Assembly (NCBI RefSeq): GCF_009914755.1
Contig: NC_060927.1
Source of the DNA: the human T2T-CHM13v2.0 reference genome, Homo sapiens
Length of the DNA stretch: 64,000 nucleotides
Strand: one strand, 5' to 3'
The notes below the pieces were generated by a model. The model was not told the origin of the DNA. It saw only the letters and a program-made list of their open reading frames with translations, and did no database searches. This document shows positions 14,021 to 27,842 of this stretch, piece by piece; position 1 is the stretch's first letter, and each line of letters starts with the position of its first letter. A program made the translations under genes and the position numbers.

Positions 14021-15637
14021 CATCGTATGGAGGACTTGCTTGATTCATATGTTCATAACTTTCATAAGTTAGATGACAGAGAACAACACAACCTGGATAT
14101 TCCCTCTCTTTCTGAGTTGTCCTTATGCCGACTTGGCAGAAGTCAAGTAGAGAAGTCTGCCATCTCATTAGACAATAAGGGGCTCCCTAATGTCGGGTAT
14201 GAGAGACAGGATTCTCAGTCACTACAGTGGCAAAGAGTCTGAAATGTCAGGACCCCATTTATAATCCTAAAGAGGATGTGTGGCTCCCTGAGTTCTATTA
14301 ATTTGTGACAGACTCAGAGAAAAGAGTCACCGTAATCATAAATTAGTAGATTCCTCCTGCATACCTGGACATTTGTAGAACTTGACCTTGCATTTCAGAA
14401 GCTTTAGGAGTCTCTGCGGTGCTCCCAAGCATAATTACATTAGGCTGGTAACGACTGCTTATAATGTTCTCGGGAATGTGAATGATGTTCTGTAACATGG
14501 CTCTGCCTCAAGTTAAATAAATTTTTTTAAAAACGTAAGTAAGAGGCACCCAGAGTTCTCTCATTCTTGGAACTTTGTACGCAGGGCTTCTTCAGCATCC
14601 AACTGTGGGAAGATGAGCAGCAGTTGACTCAGATGGGCTCTCCTCATCTGTGATGGTTTGCAGCCATTTTTCTCAAAGTGGCTCAAGAATAGCCTACATG
14701 TATGTGCTTGGGAGGCAGCAGGTAATGCTAAGCCACAGAAAGCCAATGAAACTTAGGCTATGACAGCAATTTCCCTTGCTTGAGAGGAACTCTCTGTGAG
14801 ATAAGAAATTGAGCACTCCTTTCTCCTATGCCATATGGTGCTGCAGTATAATTTAAATTCAAAAAGCCAAATTTCATAGCCTGAGAACTGCAGTTGGTAG
14901 ACACTCCTAATCACTTTACTGATATAAGTAGGTACAGAGAAGCATAATAGTTTAAGTGAAAACCATGCTTTCAGAATCTGATAGGAAACCCTACTAATGT
15001 TTTGTATCTTCTGCTTCAAAGGAAACACCCAGAAAAAAAGATGCCAAGGAAACAGGCTAGGTAAATTGATACTTAGAAACAGGGTAGGCAAAGTTACTTA
15101 AAAAAAAAAAAAAGTGCACTGTATGGCTGCGACCTGTTGTAGTAGGATTCTGAGATCAACAGAAAGAAATCCATTAAGCTCTAATTTCTACAGATAATGT
15201 TAATGTTAATAAAAGTCATAATTGAGAAAGAGGAAGTGGGTAGGAAGTTGGGCTATTTAGACAGAGGAGTTTTTACTGAATAGTAAAATAATTCCAAGAA
15301 GTATTTCCTAAAGATCAATAAATATACCTAGAATAGGTAAGGCTGTGAATTCCAGCTTATATTCTTAGTAGAGATTTACAAAACATACTTTTTAAATGTT
15401 CAAATCCAAGAAGGCGAGTTCTAAGAAATACAAGCAACTCTTTCTCCTCTATGCTGAAAAGAAATGAAGCATGAAGATGGATAATTTGGCCCTTAGGAGA
15501 TCTAAGGGAAGACTCAGTTGCCATTCTGAGTAACTGCAGGGGGAATTGAGAGCTTGAGAGAACAAAGAAATAAAGATGATCTTATATGCTCTGTTGAGAG
15601 AACCTTCCTTTCTGTACTAGTCAGGATTTTTCCAGTT

Positions 15638-15817
15638 GGAGAAAAAAAAGAAATAAAAGAAGGAAGGAGGGAAGGAAGGAGGCAAGGAAGGAAGGAAGGA
15701 AGAGAAAGAAAGAGAGAGGGAGGGAGGGAAGGAGAGAAGGAAGGAAGGAAGGATGAAAGGAAGGAAGGAAGGGGAAAGAAGGAAAAAAGAAAGAAAGAGA
15801 AGAGAAAGAAGGAGGAT
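15638..15817 (+). repeat. GA-rich low-complexity tract, (GAAG)n/(GAAA)n
   Basis: About 180 nt almost entirely purine on the + strand. Confidence 0.95.
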
Positions 15818-15974
15818 TAACTTAAGTAGCAGGGGTAGTTTGACTTCAGATGTCCCTTGATCCAGAAGCTCAAAGATATAATTGGGGAAAGATTTCTTTT
15901 CATCTTTCAACTCTGCTCATTCAGAACAGGTTCTATTCTCGGTCAGGCTTTCACTTTGAGGTGGTACAGCAGAG

Positions 15975-16400
15975 AAAGCTCATTGTTCTCCAATAGCTCA
16001 TAATAAAACCCTAACTGCCTGGGTACACACCATCCTGAGATAAAGACTATATTTCCATACCTCTGTTATAGTTAAGCATAGCTATGTGACTAATTTCTGG
16101 CCAATGGGATACAAGTAGTAGTGTCAAAAGCAATTTCCAAAAGTGTCCTTGAACCATCCTCCTCACCTCTTCCTTCTCCCTGCTGCCTGGAAGCTCAAGC
16201 AGCTGCCCTAGACCATCAGGCAGAGCTATGTATCAAGGGCACCAAAGCAAGAAAGAAGGAAACCCTCACTGATGTCCAGGGAGCTACCACCAGCCCTAGG
16301 TTGCTTACCTCCAGACTTCACTTGTTCATTTCTATCTTACTTAAGTTATTGTAATTTTGGGTTTTCTGTCTCATGGAAAAATCTAATCTTAATTGATATA
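15975..16400 (+). mobile_element. MLT1-family LTR, apparently nested in an older MLT1 (about 15820-16680)
   Basis: CTATGTGACTAATTTCTGGCCAATGGG and a terminal TTAAGTTATTGTAATTTTGGGTTTTCTGT...AATTGATATA; MLT1-like sequence on both flanks. Confidence 0.55.
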
Positions 16401-17104
16401 CATAGCAAAATGCTTACTATCACTCCAGGCTTTATATGCTATGAGGTAGAAGTCCTGAACTATGCCTGCCTCATTCCCAGTGGCCCTAGAGTTTCATTTG
16501 AACAGCTCAATGGCTCTGACTGGGTCATGGGTCAATTCCTGAACCAATCACCGTGGCCTGGGATTCTGGAAGGTTTAACTGAGATGTGCCCAAGGCTTGA
16601 ACTGAGAGTAGTTTTCTCTTCATTCATCTGAATTGCACAGACTGACAGTTGGGGAGGTTTCCCAAAGGGAAAACAATATTCACTATGCTTCCCAAGCCAG
16701 ATTTTCTCCCTAATTTTCTGATTTCCATCAAAGGTGTGATCATTCTTCTACGCTCACAACGCTATATGTAACCTGCTGTCCCTCCAAATGTAATACTGTT
16801 ACCTTATTTTCTCTTGTGCTCAATATAGTCTTTTCGCCACCATCCCTCAAAAAGTAAAGACAAAGAGACTAACACAAGAGAGGCATTACTGTTCCATGGT
16901 GTATGACTGGAGCAAGGGTAAATGATATCTATGTGCTCACAATTTTCTGAGAAACATATTGTAATAAATGTTATAAACAAAATAATTTAAAATACACAAA
17001 TCAAAACAATTGATCAGTACTCTTCAAAAGTGTCAAAGTCATGAAAGACAAGAAAGACTGAGTAATTGTTATAGATTAGAGGAGACAAAGGAAACATGGC
17101 AAGC

Positions 17105-17617
17105 ATGGAGGACAGAGTCTAAGGAGTCAGCCATGATTCCCAACACCTGGTTTTTATGCTCCAGTATAATCCCCTCCCCTTGACTTGCTTTCTACCAATG
17201 GAATATGGCAAAGGTGATGGGATGACATTTCTATAATATTATATAAGTCTCCATATTGCTAGTAGACTCACTGAAGAGCTCTCTCTTCCTAGCTGGCTTT
17301 GAAGAAGTACTGGCCATTGTGGGAGCCCTCCACTGGTGAGGAGATAAGAGCAGTTCCTAGAGACTGAGAGTAGCCTCCAGCCAACAGCCAAAAAGAAGCC
17401 AGAGCCCTCAATCCTACAGCCTCAAGAGAATAAATTCTGTCAACACCTGAGTGAGTTTGGAAGCAAATTCTTCCCAGTTTAGCCTCCAGATGAGACTGCA
17501 GTCTGCCTAGCACTTTGACTTATGAGACCCTAAGCAGAGGATCCAATTAAATTATGAAATGATAAATGTGTGTTGTTGTAAGTGGCTAAGTTGGTGGCAA
17601 TTTGTAAAAATAATACA
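17105..17617 (+). mobile_element. MLT1E-like MaLR LTR
   Basis: GCCAACAGCCAAAAAGAAGCCAGAGCCCTCAATCCTACAGCCTCAAG...AGCCTCCAGATGAGA; ends TAATACA. Confidence 0.75.
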
Positions 17618-17931
17618 ATGTTTGTCAAGACAGAAAAGAAAATGATGGACAATTTGACACTTCATCTATATCAGATGCCCTGCTTTCCCTCTTGCAAAGG
17701 CCTGTGTGCTCCTGTCAACAGCTGAGCAGCATTGCTTCCTTTGGCACATAGATTTCTTTTTTTCAATCATTTGATATTACACAGTTTTGTGGTGGTTTTA
17801 TTCCTAGTAATGATTATCTTAAAATGATGTTTACGCAAAAGACCTTTCTCCCCACTCTTCCCCCGACTCTCTTGCTTCTGCCTCCCCAACAGCTTCTGCC
17901 CATAACTACATCACTTTCTTTCTTCCCTGTC

Positions 17932-18288
17932 TGCTATGGTTTGGCTGTGTCCCCACCAAAATCTCACCTTGAATTGTAATAATCCTCATGTGTTAAGGGT
18001 GGGGCCAGATGGAGATAACTGAATCATGGGGGCAGTTTCCCCGATATGGTTCTCGTGGTAGTAAATAAGTCTCAAGAGATCTGATAGTTTTATAAATTGG
18101 AGTTCCCCTACACAAGCTCTGTCTTGTCTGCTGCCATGTAAGACATGTCTTGCTTTCCCTTTGCTTTCTGCCATGATTGTGAGGCCTCCCCAGCCATGTG
18201 GAACTGTGAGTCAATTAAACGTTTTTCCTTTATAAATTACCCAGTCCTGGGTATGTCTTTATTAGCAGCATGAGAATAGACTAATACA
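17932..18288 (+). mobile_element. THE1 solo LTR (MaLR)
   Basis: TGCTATGGTTTGGCTGTGTCCCCACC...GCCATGATTGTGAGGCCTCCCCAGCCATGTGGAACTGTGAGTC...GACTAATACA; 5-bp TSD ctgtc/ctctc. Confidence 0.93.
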
Positions 18289-18498
18289 CTCTCCATACCT
18301 CCTTTTCTCTCCTCACCATCTCTTTCCTCACTTTGTTTGGAATTTCTAAGGACAGGAATCACTAGTATCAGAGAAATAAGGGGTCTGATGTGGTTACTGT
18401 TTTTTTTTTTTTTAACAGTCTATAAAACAACACACAAAACCCACCCCTACCTCTTCAAAATTTAAGTTGTGTAATATTTAGACTCTATCCAGAATTAA

Positions 18499-18813
<315 letters not shown>

Positions 18814-18934
18814 ATTTCCCTCTTCTCAAATCTCTACAACAGCATCTCAGCCCAGAATGAAGTATGCCCAAGATGTATCTTCATGACCTTGAAAGGGTCT
18901 TATAACTTCAAAGAAAGTTTGCAACTACTTTTTA

Positions 18935-19570
18935 AAAAATTAATTTATTCATTTTTATTTGTATAAAGTTGTGGGGTACAAGTGTAATTTTGCTACATGC
19001 ATAGATTACATAGCGGTGAAGTCAGGGCTTTTAGGGTGTCCATCACCCAAATAATGTACATTGTACCCCTTAAGAAATCCCTCATCATTCCCTCCCTTCC
19101 CACCCCCTCACCTTTCCAAGCCTGTGTTGTCTATCATTCCACACTCTATGTCCATGTGTACACCTTATTTAGCTCCCATTTATAAGTGAGAACAGGCAGT
19201 ATTTGTCTTTCTATGTCTTACTTGTTTCACTTAAGATCATGGCCTCCAGTTCCATTCGTGTTGCTGTGAAAGATGTTATTTCATTATTTTGTATGGCTGA
19301 GTAGTATTCCATTGTGTATATACACCACATTTTCTTTATCCAATCTTCCATTGATGGACACTTAGTTTGATTTCATATCTTTGGTATTGTGAATACCACA
19401 CCTGCAATGAACCTGCTGCAATGAACATATAGGTGATTTTTTGATATAAGGATTTCTTTTTTGTGTGGAGGGTAGGTAACCCCAGGAGTGGGATTGCTAG
19501 GTTGAATGGTAGTTCTATTTTTAGTTACTTGAGATATCTCTGTACTGTTTTCTATAGAGGTTGTAAATTG
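18935..19570 (-). mobile_element. L1 3' end, 5'-truncated (L1PB/L1MA-like)
   Basis: CTCCCATTTATAAGTGAGAAC, GGCTGAGTAGTATTCCATTGTGTATATACACCACATTTTCTTTATCCA are L1 3' hallmarks. Confidence 0.88.
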
Positions 19571-20410
19571 GGTGTACAACTTGGCAAAGAAAATGAACGT
19601 ACAGGTACATAAAGTTATTTAAAAACAGAGTTCATTTTAAAGTTATTTAAAAACAGAGTTCATTTGTTTAGAAAATAAATAGCTCAAATGAAAATAAATA
19701 GAATATAAATAGAATAAATAGAAAATACATAGCTCAAATGAAAACCTGGAGCTCAAACAAAAACAGAATAATAAATGATGCTATCGACCTGGTGAAAATG
19801 TACTCTATCTCCTTGAGAGGAACAGAGGTATTAATTAAATAAACACCTTACTTTTAACCTGGTCTATGGAGTTGAAAACCTGTTAAATTCATTGAGAACT
19901 CTCAGGACTATTTCTTGCTACTTACCGTGGGCATTAAAAATTTCTGTGTAGACGTTAATGCCAACAACATTTGGTCAGTGTCTACTACATAATCTTTACT
20001 TATGTGCTCTGCCTCAAGTTGCTTAACTATTTCTGAAATTATAAAACCCTCTTTTGAAGTAGAGATAGAATAAAGGATCTCCTGCTAAAGCAGAGACACA
20101 AAATAATAATTATATGTAAAGTATAAAATAAATCTCTTTTATTTAAAGGGCACAAAGATGAATAGAGAAAAACAGGAGAACTAAATTAAGGCCTATATTA
20201 ATACTCATAGAAGTTACTAACAACGCTTCATTATTTTTGTTAAATAATGTACATAGCAAGAGATTTGAATTTCTTATTTCAAAATGTCTTGCTTTTCAAA
20301 AATAAATTTTCAGTGCCCTCGGAATCTTAAATGTTCTCATGTATGTAACACAGTAAGCTTGTGGACTCTTGGGTTTAATAAGTGCTCTCAATTTTAAGAA
20401 ATAAAAATTG

Positions 20411-20760
<350 letters not shown>

Positions 20761-21110
20761 TTATTCAGGCTTGTTAGCATATCTAAGCAAGATTTGGTTC
20801 TCACAAATGTTTGGTTGTGTTCTCAATGCTGAAATAAAAGGGAATCAAGTGGTATGTGTCCAGTGGATGCCGGCAGGTGACAGAAGGCTGCCCGTGGCAA
20901 GTTGGCCAAACTGTTGACAGACTATTTTCAGTCCCCCACCCCTGTGGGCCACAGTGAAGAGTTAATGGTGCTTATTAATCCTGCCCACAGTCACTGAGAA
21001 ATGGTGCTCCCCAGAGAGAGTGTCTGGAAGATAAGGAATGAGAGTACAAGAAATACTGGCCTTCTCTGCAAGGTTTTCAGACCTCAGTAGCCAAGAAGAG
21101 ATTGTATTTC

Positions 21111-21137
21111 GTGTGTGTGTGTGTGTGTGTGTGTGTG
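21111..21137 (+). repeat. (GT)13 microsatellite
   Basis: Uninterrupted GT run. Confidence 0.95.
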
Positions 21138-21619
21138 AAATAAGAGTAGATTAAACAAAATCTATATTCTAGTTCTAGGTTTTACTTTCTTGATTCATGA
21201 ATATACAAGACCAAATATATTATGTACATAATATGTACATTATGTACATAATCCATGAGGAGGACTAGCAAGATTGAATTTCACGTGTGGCTTGTCAAAC
21301 ATCTTGCTGCTTTACATTTTGTACCTTGAATGAAAACCCATGCCCACACATGAGCATGTGCGCACATACACACACATGCACGCACACATATACGCTCCTT
21401 TTGCCAATAAAGGTCACACTGCTAAACCACTTTCAATTGAACATGATCTTTGAGTTGTTCTTCCAATAGTGGTTTCAGGTTTGCACTGTTATTCCCTCTC
21501 ATGAGGTTGCCTTTGTGACCTAGTGAACATGTTTCCAAATTTTCTGGCTGAAGTTACATTTTGCAGAAGAAAAATACTTTTTATCAGTGAAAACCTAAGT
21601 GGCTCTATAATAATAATTA

Positions 21620-21870
21620 CAAGATTTATTAAGCTTTCATTGTACTAAGCACTGTCTCATGCTTTATTTCAATGAACTCATTTAATCCTGATTATCTGGG
21701 ATATAGACACCATTATTAATATAATTATTATTCTTTTTAACAGATAGCAAAACTGAAGCATAGAGATGCTGAGTAACTCACCCAAAGGCACACAGCAAGT
21801 AACAAGAGCCAGGATACAAACTCAGGAAGCCTGGTTCTAAGACCCATACTCTTAATCATTACACTGTTCT
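21620..21870 (-). mobile_element. MIR
   Basis: ACAGATAGCAAAACTGAAGCATAGAGATGCTGAGTAACTCACCCAAAGGCACACAGC is the MIR core in reverse. Confidence 0.8.
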
Positions 21871-22623
21871 TACCACTGTATTGTTTTCTACAGTCAAGGA
21901 GGATCTTTAACAACTGGTACTTCAAAACAGTGAAATACAAGGTGGTTAGATAAAATACAGCAATGGGGGTCTAATAGACAGAATAATTATTTTGAAGACA
22001 GAAAGAGCTGGGATTGTCTCTGTAGTAGTGATTTCACTGCTCACTGGATATCCAAGCGCTCCCCTACATTTTCTAGGCTGCATAGTATTAGCTGAGCCCA
22101 TGTGATTAGTCTGTCCAATGGGCTATTAATGGAGGTGAAACAGGCCACATCTGGACTGAATAATTTAAAAGCCAATGTGTGACTCTTCAGTTCTCTCTTC
22201 ATCTGCCACAGTGATTGAGAAAGCTATTTGGTTCAGATGGTGTAGCTAAATGATGGTAAAGACACAGGCAGCCTAGGTCCATTCATATGGAACAGAGCCC
22301 CTCATAAGCCCACTTGGATAGGAACCAGGAGTAAGAAAGAAACCTCAGTTATGTTAAACCACTGGTAAATAAGACTAGTTTGTTTCTGATACTATCTAAT
22401 ACAGTCCACAAGTTTCACCAGGTTTTCTGTGTAGTCACTGAAAATGTACTTGACCTTTCTGAGCCTCATTTCATTATTTTTAAAATATGCACACTGACAC
22501 TCTCCTGGCAGTTGACATGAGGATTAAATGAGAGCTTTTGTATGCCTGGCAAATAGAAGTTGCTCAATAAATAGTAGCTATGGTAATTATTCAGTATTGC
22601 ACTACATAAAAGTAACCAAACAA

Positions 22624-22940
22624 GGCTGGGTATGGTGGCTCATGCCTGTAATCCCAGCACTTTGGGAGACCAAGGTGGGAGAATCGCTTCAGCTCAGGAG
22701 TTTGGGACCAGCCTGGGAAACATAGTGAGACCTTATTTATATAAAAAGTAAGCAAAATTAGCTGGGTGTGATGGTGTGTGCCTGTAGTCCCAGCTACTCA
22801 GGAGGCTGAGGTGGGAGGATCACTTGAGCCTGGGGGGATCACTCAAGGTTGCAGGGTTGTAGTGAGCCAAGATCAAGCCACTGAACTCCAGCATGGGAAA
22901 CAGAGCAAGATGCTGTCTCTTCAAAAAAAAAAAAAAAAAA
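22624..22940 (+). mobile_element. Alu (AluJ-type)
   Basis: GCTCAGGAGTTTGGGACCAGCCTGGGAAACATAGTGAGACC; poly(A). Confidence 0.9.
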
Positions 22941-24239
22941 GAACAGCCTAAGTAGCTTAGTGTATAAAGGATGTGAACAACATTTGCTTAGCAGAGTTTA
23001 TTACTGGGTTCCTGTAAATTGCTTATAACTGTAAAACAGCCAAAGATTATTTCCAATACAACATGTAAACAAGGTTATAATATGCACCCATTTTATAAAT
23101 ATGTTTTGGCACCTAACATTCACACTCCTTTTGTTAACCTCAACTCAAATTCCCATGGGAAATCCTCTTGCCCCCCCCCCCCCCAACCCCCATTCTCAAC
23201 CAACATGCTCCAGCTAGGGCTCCATTTACGTTCCAGGATAGAGCACATGACCTGAGGCTAAGGCAGTTATCACAGTTCATTTCCCTCACCACAGTAATTG
23301 GTTCAAGGATGAACACATTGTCTGCTCAGAGCTAATAAGATGCAGTGAGAATGCTGGGAATCCTGGAAAAAAGGTATTAGATTTTTTTTTCTCATTTGAA
23401 CATGAGATGTTGAAATTGTTGGAGATGTGGCAGCCATCTTGAGCCACGAAGGAAGAGCCTGCCTGGGAATAAAGCCAACGTGGAGGTGAATGATACCAAA
23501 CACATGGTTGTGATGGAGAAATGGCATCTAGTGACATTGTTTGAGCCCCTGATCAAGCTACCTCTGAAATCAAACATTGAGATTTTCACTTTAGTGAGCT
23601 AAAAATTATTTTTTTGTTCAATCAAGTGTTATATGAGATTTTGGTCAGAAGGGAAGTTTGGGTATCCCAAAAGCAAAGTGCCCAATTCTGACTAGATGGG
23701 TGTAAAATTTAGGAGTCTCTACAGAATTCCTTCCCATTCTTGGAGCTTTTCCTCTGTCATTCTTCCTGGACTCTGCATTGGCCTCTTGGTTTTATTACCT
23801 CAAAATCCATATTGTTGGATTCAGAACTCTCCTTTATCTAATGGTTGAGTCTATTATTAGGTAAATGCAGTTAGGCTTACTTGCCTAACATTAAAACTAC
23901 TTATATAATTAAAATTTTTCCAAAATGACAAATTTACAACCAGAATATATTTCTTTTTCTCCCATTTAAACAAAGCCTTGCATATAAGTAAAGCAGGCAT
24001 TCTTCAGAAGAGACATACGTTTTGCTCAAGAAATATAGAACTTTTAATTAATACTATGTTTCTTTATCTTAAAGAAGAGAATGTGTACAACATATTAGAA
24101 TTTATTCTCATTTTTGGTTCACAAATTTGCTACATGGAATTTTATAAACTGTATTTTATAAACTATATTGTAATAACCAGGAACAAGTAATATTTTTCAT
24201 AGACTGGATTATTATTTTCAATTTATCATTCTCCTGTAA

Positions 24240-24629
24240 TAGATTATACAACCATCTCCTTTCCCATAAGACTTTGTAATGATTCCCAGGAGAATCGATG
24301 GTGTATACAGCCCCACCCCATTGATGTGGATATAAATCTGTTTGCATGATTTGGCTTGGTTCTTGAGCTTCTGCCATTCATCCTGAAATGAGGATGATCT
24401 GAATAGCCACTGGGTCCAAGGAAACTGAAGAGACACATGGAGGAGATCTCAACTCTGTCCACACCACCAAAAGCTAAGTCTACCTGATATCAGCTGAGCC
24501 CAGCAGAATCACAGACTACTCACAGGCCAATGAGTGAAAATAAATGCTTGTTGTGATAAGTCACTAAATTTTGGAGTTATGTGTTATGCAGAATTATTGT
24601 AATTATTTTATCAGTAGCTGACTAATACA
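24240..24629 (+). mobile_element. MLT1-family LTR (old)
   Basis: AATAAATGCTTGTTGTGATAAGTCACTAAATTTTGGAGTT...AGCTGACTAATACA terminus. Confidence 0.7.
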
Positions 24630-25258
24630 ACCCAACCCTATTATAAAATAATGCTAAAAATAATGCTTTCTCTTTCAAATTTAGTGTCAGGTATTCTGTC
24701 TCTGATAATTTATAGTATCTTGAGACTCTAAAATATTTTTATAATCAAAATTTATTACCTTTGCAATATTGTACTTAGGATGGCGAATTGGAAAGCATTC
24801 AAGATATACTAGGAGTCACTAGAACTGGATTCTAATCCTGGTTTGGCCACTATAAGTAATGTGTCTTTCACAAGCTGCTTAACCTTTCTGGACCTCTCAG
24901 TTATTTAAAAAATGAGGGTTGAACTAGATTCTCTACAGCCAAAATGTTATAGTTGTGGTCTTCAAGTTCATGCAATGTGTGTACATAAGAATGAAATAGA
25001 ATAATTATGTTATATGCTAAACGATTTCAAATATAGGTAAAATAATAATTCAAGGTGTAAGAATTCTGAGAATGTTTTTATATTCCTGAGTTTCTTAGAT
25101 AAATGAGATACATGTATCAGTAAGTTTCTTAGATTTAGTCTGGCTGACTCTTATAAGACTCAGGTCTTACAATTTCAAAAATGTTTATGAATATTCTAGA
25201 ATAGAGAAAGTGACCTAAAGAAAAATGTATTGATTACCTAGGCTGTACTCAGTACACA

Positions 25259-25645
25259 TGTATTAATTAGTCCACTCAGTCTGCATTAGCAGAATACCAC
25301 AAACTAGGTGGTTTCAACATAAGAATTTTATTTTCTCACCGCTCTAGACACTGGAAATTCAAGATCAAGATGTCAACTGGTTGGTTCTTGGTAAGGGCTC
25401 CCTCCTTGGGTTGCAGATGGCTGCCTTCTTGCTGTGTCCTCCCATGGGCTTTCCTCTGTGTAGTGCAAATAAAGAGAGATCTCTGGCCTCTTTTTATGAG
25501 GACACTAGTCCTATCAGATTAGAGCTCTACCCTATCACCTCATATGACCTTAATTACTTTCTTAAAGACCTCTTTCCAAATACAGTCATATTGGGATTAG
25601 GACATCAAATTTGAATTTTGGTGGGACAAAATTCAGTCCATGACA
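25259..25645 (-). mobile_element. MLT1A-like MaLR solo LTR
   Basis: TG...CA termini, perfect 5-bp TSD ACACA (25254-25258 and 25646-25650), TTGCAGATGGCTGCCTTCTTGCTGTGTCCTC motif. Confidence 0.88.
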
Positions 25646-26591
25646 ACACATATAATGAAAAGATAATTTAGTGGAAGGAACACAGATTCTGGTTTCAGAT
25701 AAGGCAAGGATGAACATGAGATCCTGTTATATAAGGTATCTCTAAATTCTTTCCCATAGAAGAATGACTTATGGGCAATAATACACAAGAAAATTAGATT
25801 TTTATGGACTATGCTCCATCTTTTTGCAAGCAGGCCAATCTTTGGATTTGGAGGTGAAGAACTGCTATGACTTTACCCAATGTTTCAATTCATACTTTAT
25901 GGAGAAACATGGCCATTTCTCTATACAGCCAGGTCCAGACATGCAAGCTCTGCATTATATGTCAGATATGACAGAACTTCAGCTCCATCCTTTTCCTGCA
26001 TTCTCACCTGGATCAAAAGCAACACTCTAAGATTCCACGTACATGCTCAGATTATCCTACATATAGGACAGCAATCTTGGGCCTGACACACGGAATAAGT
26101 ATGACGTGCTGAACCCTCTCATCGCTTAACCAAACATACACTGTCACTCTGTCTGGAACAAAATTGCTGAACCACCAGTTCAATCACTTGATAGTATTCT
26201 TCTACCAATTCCTTCACCTTAAATTTTACAGATTTGCTCAGCTGCTGCCTTTGCACTCAAGTCCTTTTTTCTAGCAGTAATGTAGAAGTACTCAAATTAT
26301 GATTTTGTAGTCACACAACTGGGAAGCTGCACTTAGTCTAAATGAGATGGTAGATACAGACACTATGTAGTCATAGACACCTTGAAATTTGCTTCAAGAT
26401 GATAGCAAACATTTTTGTAAACAAGTGAACGTTCATATTGCAAACAATGCATCAATGGAAACTTCCTTTTAAGAAAAAAACTTTGAGACACTTTTGGTGT
26501 TAGTTTTGTAACCTCAGGTAAATATTTTAGTCTTTTAACACTTTGATTTCCTTCACAGTAAAATGAAGACGATAATTCCTACTTTGTAAAG

Positions 26592-26771
26592 CAGTGGTTC
26601 TTAAACTTTGACATTAGTTTGAGAAAAATATCTGGAGTCCTGACTGAAAATGCAGAGTACTTAGGGTACACCCAGACATACTAAGTAGGTGACCCAAAAA
26701 GCAGCATTTTTAGGAAACACCCCAATAATTTATGATGTAAGCATTACTGGGCTCTTGTTTTGTGAAATATG
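26592..26771. mobile_element. MER5-like hAT-Charlie element inserted in a MIR
   Basis: CAGTGGTTCTTAAACTTT terminus; GCATTTTTAGGAAACACCCC; MIR-like flanks. Confidence 0.6.
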
Positions 26772-26874
26772 ATAGTAAAAAATTAATTAAATGAGAAAAT
26801 ATCGAGCACTGCTTCCCTTTCCCATACACGAACAATAATCACTATAACATTCATTTAAAAAAAATAAATCTGAG

Positions 26875-27350
26875 ATCAAGAGTTGGTGACTAACCTAAGT
26901 ACCCATTGACTAATGACTGGATAACGAAAATATGGTATATTTACACCATGGAATACTACTCAGCCATAAAAAAGAATGAAATACTGTCTTTTGAAGCAAC
27001 TTGGATGGAGCTGGAGGCCACTATTCTAAGTGAAGCAAATAAGGAATGGAAAACCAAATATTGTATGTTCTCACTTGTAAGTGGGAGCTAAGCTATGGGT
27101 ACACAAAGGCACGCAGAGTAATATAATGGACTTTGGAGACACAGAAAGAGGAATAGGTGAGAGGGGGGTGAGGGATTAAAAAAAACTACATATTGAGTAC
27201 AGTGTACACTACTTGGGTGATAGTGCACTAAATTTTAGACTCCGCCACTATACAATTCATCTATGTAACCAAAAACCACTTGTACCCCAAAAGCTATTTA
27301 AATTCAAAAATATATTCTAAAATAAAGGTTAGGGGAAAATTTAAAAAGGT
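26875..27350 (+). mobile_element. L1 3' end fragment
   Basis: Degenerate ORF2 C-terminus (WYIYTMEYYSAIKKNEI...W MELE) and ATGTTCTCACTTGTAAGTGGGAGCTAAG. Confidence 0.88.
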
Positions 27351-27392
27351 ATGAATTTAAAAGAATATGATAACAACTTATAAAAATGATAA

Positions 27393-27842
<450 letters not shown>

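Noticed and set aside
15554-15910. Charged (KEGR) and hydrophobic (LSF) ORFs
   Set aside because: Translations of the two strands of the GA-rich simple repeat.
23171-23191. C14 homopolymer as a functional G4 or i-motif
   Set aside because: Simple slippage run inside an old MLT1-like repeat with no supporting context.
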